DNA of 64,000 nt from Raillietiella orientalis. Taxonomy: Eukaryota. How positions within the stretch are numbered: position 1 is the first letter of the stretch; each line of letters starts with the position of its first letter. The stretch spans positions 1,736,001 to 1,800,000 of the forward strand of contig JAYWIR010000040.1 of NCBI GenBank assembly GCA_036172245.1, given 5' to 3'. Below the pieces are notes generated by a model. It was not told where the DNA came from, made no database searches, and saw only the letters and a list, made by a program, of their open reading frames with translations. Below are positions 48,926-59,680 of this stretch, one piece after another. The translations under genes were made by a program, and so were the position numbers.

Positions 48926-49045
48926 AAAGACCCCGAGGCATTGCTGTAGGCCTATCTGAAAGAACCCGGGCATTGTTGCAGGCGGATCCGAAAGGACCAG
49001 GGGCATTGTTGAAGATGGATTGCGAATTACTGCAAGCATTGTTAG
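48926..49045. repeat. Degenerate minisatellite, unit about 33 bp, 3-4 units
   Basis: Recurrent aaag..cc..ggcattg(c/t)tg..g unit. Confidence 0.65.
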
Positions 49046-51923
49046 AAAATGAACGGGAATAGAGAGTACGATCGTCCGGTTGCGTGGGAGGTAGAAGAAG
49101 AGAAAATGAGATCGCTCTGCACTTTTCTGCGATTCGCTAGCGCTATCTCAGAAAAGCGTCGATCGCATCCGAACATCCTTCGTGCCTTGCTGTTTTAAGT
49201 TGGGTACTCTGGTTCCAAATATTGAAAGATCAATAACAAGCTCAGCGTCTTCATTAGAAAAAGGTAACCTCTAATGAATATTCACTTGTTTATTAAGTAG
49301 TGTGCCTGGTGGAATGACTGGCTATAATTGATTGAAGGAGAAATTTTTTTTTTTTTCTCGGAAATAAAAACGTCCCTTTTAAATATGAAATCTGCGTATT
49401 TTGGAAGAAAGATTTTAATATCCTATCGAGAACAAATCTACAGTCTTTTTTTTTTTTGCGGGGGGGGGGGGAGATACGCTTGCTAAACAGGCTGGAAGCA
49501 TTTGATTCTAAAAGCCCTTCATTGCGGTTTGAAATCTGAAAAGGATTTAAAATGTCTGGAGGCATAGACACAATGCACTTCACTTTATAAAACACATGTA
49601 TACAAACATACACAAATATAACATACACAAATACAGAAACAGGAGTGTGTACGCTTTCACACTTGAGAGGGGGTCAATAATTACTTAGATGCTCTAAGCT
49701 CGACTCTCAAGAAGCTGAAAAGTGGATAAGCTCTTGAGAAAAAGCCATCGCTTCTCTGCTTGAACGCTGGCGAAACGTATGGGCTCTTCCACCGATCTCA
49801 TGGAACCCTTCATTCACCTTCCCGTTTTCAGCAAACCTACATCCCCCTAAGGGTTTACTTGCCTTTCGGTGACTTGGAAACGATTGCTCCCTCCGTTGCG
49901 GGTCCCTGGCACACTTCAGGAGGAAGCCGTAAGTCACGAGCAACGCACAAGAGAAGAGCCTCCCCTCCCCCCCTCACCTTTCCCTCAGGTTCCCCTCGCA
50001 CGGTCTGAATCCAGCTGCAAACACTAGGAATCTGCTAAGAGGTCAACCCTCGGAAAGGTCAACTTTGGTAGCGCGTCTTTAGGAGGCGGCGTAAAGCCTC
50101 CGAAAATCATAGAGGTCGAAGGTCATGTCTCTCCCCCGTCATCCGACTGGATTTCCAGCCAGAATTTTCATCCCGACTGGGGATCGGAAGGGACATTCCT
50201 TCTGGTTGCCACCTAGACGATGCCTGCCTCGATGAACGCACCCCTAGGTTCAGGAGAGCAGGTGGGTGATGGCAAACCTGGATGGCGCTTTCTTCTCCCT
50301 GTCCCTTCGTAGAGCCTAGCAACGGTTCACGTGTCGGCAGGGGCACTTGGCGCAGCTGCGCGCAAATTTTTTCAGAACGCCTCCAAAGGAGAAGTATCCG
50401 GTAAAAATGGAATCTGCGAGTTCTAAGGCGCGTATCGAGCGAGGGAATGAGGGAATCCCAACCCTCTCCCCTTCCTCCCGATTCTCCCAGATGGCGCCTC
50501 GTCGGCCAGATGCGAGAGTCTTCTCTGCGGGCAGGAAGGGATGACCTCAGCTCCTTCGCAGTCGAGGGCCCAGAGGCAGCCAGAAGGGACGGGAGCGAGG
50601 CGAGGGAGGCTCTCCCGGGAGCCGAGTGCCCCTTCTCGGGAACGCAGGGCACCAACTCCCCCGCAGGGTTGCCACAAGTGCTCAGGGACACGCTTCCCAG
50701 GGATCTGCCGCTCAGGAGAACTCGGGTCCCAGAACCGCTTCGTCGGACCGTAGAAGCACCACGGGCTGAGTCTCCAAGGAGAGTCCTTTGACTGGTCCAC
50801 ACGGCAGTGAGGTTGCCGCTCACTCCTGGTCTTTCAGTCCCCTACTGCAAGGAACCCTCCACCTTTTCAGCGCGGGACTCGCAGATCTTCCTGCTCTCCT
50901 CCTTCGCCTCTCCGGATCTGCGGATTGAAACCCTCTTCTCCGTTCCCGGGGCAACTTCCCCCTCGCCGGCAGGGAATAATAAAGCACGATCAGAGAATGT
51001 GGATAGAAGGAGCTGCCGCGGGCCCTTGTAAGGCAAAAAGGGGAAGAAGGAATGGAAGGCAAAGGGGAGTGCCCCTTTGCCTTCCATCTCTTTCCGTCCG
51101 TCATGCTCTGGAAGCGTCCATCCTAGAAGGTTAAAGTCAGGGGTGCACTCGACGCAGCTATTCTTCGTCAGGATCACGTGAGCCCCATCCCCAGAGAGAG
51201 GAACTCGTCCGCCTTTTCATCCTTTCACGAACACCCTTCAGTACCCCTCTCACTTACCAAGGAGAAACAAATCGAGGCGCAGAAAAAGAAAGAATTTGAG
51301 CTGTAACCGGGTGGAGGGGAGAAAATTGGGGTGCCGGAAGGGGGAGGGGGCGCCCCACTCACGCCCTACCTCTCCGGAAGCCAGACTCCCGCTTCGGAGA
51401 CTCGGGTCCGAAGACCACTGCTAGAAGGGACAAGAGTTGCTCTCAGGCACTCCCGCGCGGCGCGGGCTGCACCGCATCCTTTCGCAACCACTACCTTTTC
51501 TCAGGTGGTACAGGGTCGCTGGTGCCGGTGCTTCGGCAGCCACTGCTCTCCTCCGCCTCCACTTTCGGGAGGATTCATCTCCAGCGTGGCGGCTACCAAA
51601 CAAGTCGTCATCGTCCCTTGGCACGAACAAGCAGCCGTACCAGCAGGAGGCGCTGCTCCTCGGGAGTCGGAAGCGTTTTCACCCGGATATGCCGGGGCAT
51701 TTATTGAATAATAAAAATACAAGAATTTTCTCTTGTCGAGCCCATTGGCTCACCACACCAAAACGGCTTGTTTCGTGCCGGTGCGGAACCGGCGAGGTCC
51801 AGCCGACGCGCGGGGGTGGGAATAAAAAAACAAAACAAACAAAAAGTTCAAAGATGGGGAGGGAACGAATGTTTTAGGGGTGGGAGGGCAGGGAAGGGAT
51901 CACTGTGCGCGCGGAGCAGTCCT

Positions 51924-52400
51924 CTAGATCCTGTTCAGGATCCTCACAAGCTGCGTCCTATCTGCGCCCAAATGGCGCCACCTGCAGATGCTCCGCACAA
52001 AAAGGCGAGTCCAATGTATGGCGTTGCCGTTGGCCTGACGCCTTCTTCTTGTCGCGTTCCAAGCCGCCACGATCCCTCGAATGCAACATAGAACTGCTAC
52101 ACAAGCGGGCGGGGACAAGGCGTCACGAGAGAAGAGGCGCCTAAAAACGTCCATAGGAGCGGCTCCGCGAATGTCCAGAATCGCCGCAAGGCGATTCCAT
52201 AGAAGGCGGATGGCACTGCATTCGAGAAGAAGGTGGGAGAATGTCTCTTTTTCCCGGCACCGGTCGCACTGGGAGTCCACAGCCCCCCGTGTGCAGTGAT
52301 GCAGGCGTGCTGCATCACTGCACACGAGTCGGAAGCGGTGACGGTGCCTCCCGCCAAGTCCTGAAGGCGGCGTTCTGGGAAGGCTTTGCTCCAAGGGGAT
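51924..52400 (-). mobile_element. L1/Tx1-type LINE 3' end relic (zf-RVT CCHC)
   Basis: RLHH..DSQCDRCREKETFSHLLLECSAIRLLWNRL..LCCIRGIVAAW matches the CxxC-ET-xxHL-xxC-xxxxxxW motif. Confidence 0.85.
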
Positions 52401-52584
52401 TTCGGGGCAGGAGGGATATTACGTGGCAGCCACCTTTACCACAGAGTCTGAAGGTGAGGCGGGTCTGCCTGCTCAAGGGGAGGTGGGGCAAGCCCCCAGA
52501 TGGCCGCCCCACGGAAGGGGCGAGCGTAGATGGATAAGCGTGGGGGAAAGGGGGAAGAAGATCGCTCCACGAAGGAACCGAGTG

Positions 52585-52795
52585 AGCGGCGGCGGCAACG
52601 GGGTGCGCGAGGTGCCACCTGACCCCCTTCATCACCCTCATGCTGCTGCCCGAGAGCCGAGCGGGAGGAACTCCTTCCTCACCTAACCCTAGCAGCGAGA
52701 AAAATCCCGGAGGCCATCGTTCACGAGGTCAGGCGGGATCATCTCCCCTCCCGCAAGCGCGGGATTCACCTCTCGCCCCCCACCCCCTTCTTTCC
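52585..52795 (-). repeat. Repeat family A, inverted diverged copy
   Basis: catgctgctgcccgagagccg..ccttcctcacctaaccctagcagcgag is the reverse complement of the family A core. Confidence 0.75.
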
Positions 52796-53102
52796 ACGGT
52801 AGCTGCTGCACTCCCCGAGTTTCCATTTGGATCGTTCCCGCGTCTTTCCTCGAGAACCAGGATCGCCACCTTCCACGGGTGCGACGGAGGAGTAAGAAGG
52901 TCCCAGTCGCCACTCCTGAAGGACCGCGAAGCTCCATAGAGCCTGCCGCCCTTCCGGTGTCCCTGCCCTCCGGGAGGAGGCCCTGCAGATCGCTCCTTCA
53001 GAAGGAGAACCTCCGGGATGGACGGGTGCTAGCTCAAATGGGCGGCAGTTGCCGTGAGAATCGCTGCAGAGAGAACTGCGGTTCCCATAACAACTGCTTC
53101 CA

Positions 53103-54160
53103 ACATCTCGAGGGAGCTGCGCCCGTTTCTCCCCGACCTTCCGTTCCCGAACTTGGGGAGATCGGGGGGCTGAGTGGAGAGGAGCCTTTCTGGGAAAGAT
53201 TCGCGTGGATTTGCTCTGAGGTAGGACTCGAGAAGGGCGGGAGGCAGGTGGGCAGCTCCCTCCGAGACTCCCTGTCCTGTTGCCCTCCTCCCGGTCCTGT
53301 TCGTCCGCTTGTGAGGGGCTCGCTCCCGGGTGCTCTGGAGAGAACCACGGTCGGGAGCCTGAAGGGTAGGCGGCGAGGCTGACGCGAGCGCCTCGGAGGA
53401 TCCCGACCGTCGGCGCTTTCCGCCCCTCCAAGAGCGCGCACGCGCGCAGGGGCGGAGGGCAGGGAGGTGGAGGAGGAGCCGGCGACCCTTTCAGGTGCTC
53501 TTCGCTTGCTCGCCACATCCGGCGTCTCCCAGAAACCTCCTTCTTGCGCGGCGACGTCGTGCCCTCGCGCGTGTCGTCCCTGTGGCGACCACCGAGCAGG
53601 CGCGGTCCTCCGGTGGGGAAGGGGTGGTGGCGGCGGCTCTCCTAGGGCGCTCGGGCGGCATCCGCGGGAAATTCCGGGGAGGAAGCAGGGGGAGGACGGG
53701 AATGGCCCCCGTAACCACAGGGATGCTGTCGCTCCTCCTCCACTCCATCCCCCACCCCAAGGTTCCGAAGGAGCCTCCGGGCGACAAGGAGGCGCGCCCG
53801 CGCAGGCTCCTTGTCGTCCCCGTTTTCTTCCACAGGGGAGCCCGCCGATCCTTCCGGACCGTTGCCATGGTTACGCGAGCGAGGCGCCTGAGATTGCAGG
53901 TGGAGGTCCCCGAAGGAAATCCGTTCGATCTTCGGCACATCTCGAGGAAGCTGCGCCCGTTTCTCCCCAACCTCCCGTTCCCGAGCTTGGGACGAGCGGA
54001 GATGCTGAGTGGGAAGGAGACTTCCTGGGAAAGATTCGTGTGGATTTTCTCCTAGGCAGGACTCGAGAAGGCGGGAGGCAGGTGGGCAGCTCCCTCCGAG
54101 ACTCCCTGTCCTGTTGCCCTCCTCCCGGTCTTGCCTGTCCGCTTGCGAGGGGCTCGCCCT
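53103..54160 (+). repeat. Direct repeat pair of about 220 bp (53103-53325 and 53938-54160)
   Basis: Both begin acatctcgagg.agctgcgcccgtttctcccc and end gaggggctcgc; about 60 bp identical core. Confidence 0.9.
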
Positions 54161-54279
54161 AGCGGACTCTGGAGAGCCCTCTTCACCTGGTAAAGCAAAC
54201 AGTCAGAGATGTGCAAGCCCCCCTTCTTCCTCCACCTCCCTTGCCGCAGGGACTGGTCGTCGCCGTCGCAGTTGAGAGA

Positions 54280-54612
54280 TCTCTGACGTCACGGCGGGGC
54301 CGCCGACCACCAGCAAAAGAAAGGGAAAAGAAAAAGCAAAAAAAGGGGTGCAGGTAGAGAGGCGGACAAGGTCGCCGGATCTCGGTCCTTACGCAGCTTT
54401 CCGAACCACGGTATCCGTGACCTTCCTCGCTGCTAGGGTCAGGTGAGGAAGGCATCCCTCCCTTGCGGCTCTCAGGAAACAGCATGGGAGAGGGGGAGGG
54501 AAGGTGGCTTCTCTCCGTCCCTCTGTCGCCGCTCGCGAGCCGCCGCCACCGTGCCGACCGCCTCGATCCACGCGACTCTGCGTAAGATGGCGGCTTCTTC
54601 CTCGGTGGAGGG
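54280..54612 (+). repeat. Repeat family A, copy 2
   Basis: Aligns directly with 6630-6962. Confidence 0.9.
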
Positions 54613-57600
54613 AGAAGAGGTGTCTCCTCGCCTGCCCTGCTGGCGCCGCTCGCAATCCGGCGATGCGCCGACCGCCTGTCTCGGTGCCGCGGACACACCG
54701 CGAAAGATGGGTGGCAGCGTCTTTTGCCGCCAACGCTGGTGAAAGGGCCGCAAAGGGGGGGTTACGTTGAGACGCAACCCGAGACCCCCTATGAGGGGTG
54801 CTGCCGAGGAGGAAAAGGGAGGGAGTGCGTGCTTCGACTGCGGACGGAGGGCGCTTTCACCGCTAAGGTGCGGCGTTGGCGCCACATCTCGTCAGGAAGG
54901 AGGGAGAGGCGCTCTCCTAGGCATGCGGGTCCCACGCAACAGAAGAGCAAAGCGTTGGGGCTCCAGGGAGGCTTTGGAGAGAAGCCCCGATGGCAGTCCA
55001 GTCGTCATGGTCACACTTTCTCCTGTGCTGTTTTCCGGGGCACAACTGAGAGGCTCCATCCGAGTCAGGGCACGGTGGGCAGGAGGGGAAACCCCCTCCG
55101 AAGCTCCCTGCCCTCTTCCTCTCCCCCCGGTTCCCGTCTGCGCTCGCAAGAGCCTCCACGCGAATGGCGGCGAATTCTTCCTCGTCCTTCCGGTTCCGCC
55201 CCTGATCCGGATCCAACAGGAGGAGGAAGAATGAGAACGGGAAGAGGGAGACACGTCGGGGTGCGCCGCACTCGGCTGGCTAATCTCACGAGAGCTCCAT
55301 CCCCGTGGAAGAGCTCACTCCACAGTGGGACGTGGGCGGGGATCCCTCAGCCCTCGGCACCGGAACTCCGCAGGTCTGCGGCGAGCGGGTCCTCGTGTCC
55401 TTACACGTGCGCTGGCGCGTCGCGTCGCCGTCGCGGCGGCGGCGCTTACGGGTGAGACGTTCTTGACGCTGGAGAGCGAGATTTCCCGCTGCCGATGAAG
55501 AAGGAAGGGAGAGGGTGGGCGCAAGCAAGGACGACGGCGACCCCTGGGGCGAGACTCGCAGAGGAGTGATGCGGACCGCGCTCGTCAGAGGCACTGTGGG
55601 CGCCGCTGGCTTCCTACCCTGTGGCTCGTCCCTTCTCCCACCCTTCTCCCAGCCTTCGATCCCGGAAGGAGGCAGCTTTGAGGAGGAATCTGAGGAGTTG
55701 CCCGCAAGACCGGCGTGTCGGGACGGAGGCGGAGGACGTTTGCAGTGGGCGCACTCGGGGGCTAGCAGACCGAACTCCAGGAAAGAGGAACGCACGGGTG
55801 CTGACCCCGATCTCACGTTAGGTGGCTCTGGAGATTGCGGTCCTTGCGAAGAGCGGACTGGTTCTCCAAAGGGCGGCACGCGAGGGTTCGCGCTACTGCC
55901 CCTGCCTCACTACCGCTGATTCTCCTGCATCCGTCATCTTTTCCTTCCCTTCCTCCTGGCTCTCATCCACCCACTCGTTTTTCCCTCCCTCCTCTCCTTC
56001 CAAAATTCGCTGGGGAGGGGGAAATCACCGCGGCGACGGTCCACAAGATGGCAACCTTCTTCTCGGAAAGACCCCCTCCTGAAGAAGCGCCTAGCGCCTC
56101 GTTCCTGCGCGGCTGGGAGACGCCATTATGACAGAGTCAGAGACATCGGAGCGATCAGTCAGCCTTATCCCTTCCCTCTCCCAGCGCCGAGACGGATGTC
56201 CAAAGGCATCTCTTCCGAGAAGCGACAGATCTGCTTGCATCCGGAGGCCACCCCGAGATTTATGCTTCTGCCGTAAATCACGGTCCTCTTTTAACTCGAA
56301 CGTTCTCGAGCTCATCCACCCGTGTTCACAAGCAGATCCATCCGTCCGTTGTAGGAGGAAGGGGGGTCGTTGCAGTCCCGAGTGTGTTCCCTGGGAAAGG
56401 GAAGGGGTCAGACAAGTCTTTCCATCCTGATCCATCCTTGCTCATCCTCGCGAAAGGAAAAGAGTGCTCTGCGAACGCGCTCAGAAAACACCGGAGCCGG
56501 CATCGACCACGGATGCCAACTTCAGAACCCACTAACCTTTGGACGGTGGTGGTTCCTCCACAAGAAAGAAACCTCCAGTGACAGAAACGCGCTCGCCTTT
56601 CCCTTCCCGGAGCTATCCTTATTTATTTATGTATTTTAGTGTTTTCCTTTGCTCCCGATATGAAACCTGAGGTACGGTGTCCTCAGTCACGAAACCCACT
56701 TCTCTTCTTCGGCATTCCCTTGACTGGTGGGGTTACTTTCGCTGCTGAGCATCTGGAGCAGAGAAACGATCCAGGCTGTGAAAGTTCTCGAAGGATCTCA
56801 CTCCCGCGCCGGAGGCCGTGCGGTTGCGGTCTCCGCGAGTGGTACCGTGCGTCGCTCAGAGGGTTGGGGGAAGGGAGGGGGAGGGGGCACGGAGCTACGC
56901 TTTCGGCCAGCAGCAGCGCGGAGAAAAGCGACCCTCTGACCAGCTTCCTGGAAGGAAAGCCGGAGGCAGCCAGTGAGACTCAGGCAGACGGTGACCCTCG
57001 GCGGTCCTAGGATCAGCTGGTTTCTCTCATCCACTCCCCACGAGATCCAAGGAACGGAGCTTGTCAGGAAACGAACAGCATCAGCAGCTGGATAAGTGGA
57101 ATAAGGAAGGCTTAAGGAACTCTTGAAGCACGCATCATCGTGAATCCCAGTAACTGCTTGAAGTTTCCTCGCCGCGGAGATGACATTCGGATTTGCGTCT
57201 TGCGAAGGCTGATCGAGCATGCAATTTTCCTAACCGTCAAGCGCTCCTGTTGGGAGCTCCAAGGTGTTGTTGTGCACAGGGACGCGGAGAAAAATTGGTA
57301 GCATCGTTGGTTCAGGTGCGAATTCGCATCCATCCCTTCATTTCTCCCATCCACTTACGCTCTAAGCAGGAACGCTGCTTAAAAATTGACGAGCGAGGAA
57401 TTTATACTGCTTGCGAATGACCAGAACCGCCTGCTTCTGCTATCTTCCACGAGATATAACGTCCGAGTGCAGAAAGACCTTGTTTGGATATGTTGGATGT
57501 GTCCAATCTGAAGATTTAAGGATGTGTAAAAAAAAAAAAAAAAAAAAAAAAGAAACAAAAACTGCTGTTTCTGGAATGCAATGGAAAAGGCGCGAAAGAG

Positions 57601-59499
57601 AAGAGGTATGGCACCACTGCATGTACCTCTCGCGAATTCAGCTGTTCACCGTTGGGTGAGTAGCAGAAGCAGCAGCTCACTGAAGGGTTGGGTCCCCCCT
57701 TGAGCTTCGTCACGTTACGATTGCACGAAAGTTCGGCGAAAAGGCCGTGTTCAGAAATACTGCTCCACGACTTGGGCCAGAACAATCTCCAGTGTAGCAG
57801 TTCCCCCCTTTCCCTCCCAGTTCTCCTTCTAGAAAAGTGGGTGGCCAACGACGCAGGAATCTGTCACCATGCAGTGCTGAAAACTCCGAGTCATGAAAGT
57901 AAGCCCGGGGAGGTAATTCGAGAATGAGGAGCGCAACAGGAAAGAAATGGGTCCTCTTTTTCCGATTCACTTTTGAATTCTAAATCATCAGATTATCTTG
58001 AAATCCTTTCTTGCCGCCTAAATTATTTCTATCTTATCCAGGTTCATTCAGAATTTTCATCATCCAGCGTTCCTGCTTGCTTCCCGTTTCAGAAAACAAA
58101 ATCGCATTACGTAGACTTTCGCTTGTCGAGGCAAGTCAGTGCGCCCTCCCTTCAGGACTGCATCTTAAATCTCCTAAGGATCTGGACCGGGAAGTGCCCT
58201 TTCATGCCTCAGACGTAAGGCTCTTCGCACCGCCAGTAGGCGTCCGCACGGAGCAGCAGCTCAAGAAACAGCGCCTCGCAGTGAGAGGAGCGAGGAGCGG
58301 GTAGCCGAGGGAACGGGAAAAAGATTTAAAAAGAAAAAAAAAAAAATCAGAGAAACGCAAAGTCGTATCCGACGTGGAAAGCTGTTAGAGTCTTTGTCGT
58401 GGGAAAATCGTGAAAATTCGAAGCGGCGAAGCAAGGAGACAAACATCTCCTGAGCGCATCGTTTCGAAAGCTGAAAAATAACCGAAAACGATCAACCAGA
58501 AGAAACGGCGACGACATAATGGACGCTGTTTGTGCCACCCCTGTGAGCTCTCCAAGGAGTGTGCGATCCCATCTTTCAGACAGAAATGAGGCATATCCAG
58601 CGTACAGCGCGCTCCCCCAATCTGCCACGGAGGATCCAGCAAGAGGATGCCGCGCCTTGAGGGCCACGATGCGTGCAGTAGCGGGGTTGAGGTGGCCGAT
58701 GCAGGAAAAGCACCGAGCGCGCGATCCGCCCGTTCGATGATGATTAGCAGAGGAGGTGATACCGCAGCCGAGGAGGCGGACCGGATCGAGAGATGCGATC
58801 CCACGGGCAGGGTGATGCAGGAGCAGGGGAAGGACCCACAGGAGGCCACCTGGGCAAGTTGACAAGCGAGTGACTGGGGAAGTCGCATCAAGGCCGAGCT
58901 GGAGTTCCCGTCGACATGCGACGATCTGTTGCGTCCGCGCCGCCTTTATCATCAGCCACGTCTCGGAGAAGGAAGGCCACCCGCATGGCAGCTGCCTGCA
59001 TGAGGACGGTTGCTGGCTGGCCTCACCCAGGAGAGAGAAGCAAGGCGGGGATCGGCAGCATCCGGCCCCGGTTTCGGGAAAAAGGAACGGTCGAACCTGG
59101 TGACCCCTCTCCCGACTCTTCCCCTTTTCTTTGTTTAGTCGCTATTTCCCCTTCCTCGCGTTCCGTACTTTTCCCGGGGTTTGGAAAGGAATAGGAAAAG
59201 CCAAAGACCTCTGCCCTCCGTTTTATTTTCGTTTATCATCCCTGCTCGCCCGTTCCGGACTTCTGGAGCGACTGATCTGCGTGTCGGCGGCGCACCCTCC
59301 CTTTGAACTTGTTGTTTCGTTGGTGGTTCCCGCCATGTTTGTTCAAATTTCGAACAAACGCTCCGGCGTGACTGGGAGATAAACTTTTCGGCTTACCTTT
59401 TCATCATTGCCAGATGACAGCTGCAAGTGGGAAGATGAACCGCTGTGGCTACAGAGGACTTCAACGGACGGACGGACCCTCTGGGAAGAGGTCGAGAGA

Positions 59500-59680
59500 G
59501 AAGGGCGGGGGGGGGGTTAGAATCGATCTTCTTGGGAGTTACCCAAACGTGGAGGCAACTGGGGTCTCCACCCTCCGGCGACGAAACGCTTCCGATGACC
59601 AGCATCGTGGAAGAACCCAAAGGAGCAGCACTGCTCTCTCTCGGAGCGTCTCTCCGGTCTGGAAGCTCCACGTGCAAAAA
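59500..59680 (+). mobile_element. Decayed LINE AP-endonuclease C-terminal relic
   Basis: VRIDLLGS ... SDDQH ... PVWKLH resembles SRIDxFL ... SDH ... WKLN. Confidence 0.4.

Noticed and set aside
48926..49045. CRISPR-like periodicity
   Set aside because: Degenerate tandem units without unique spacers, eukaryotic context, no cas genes.
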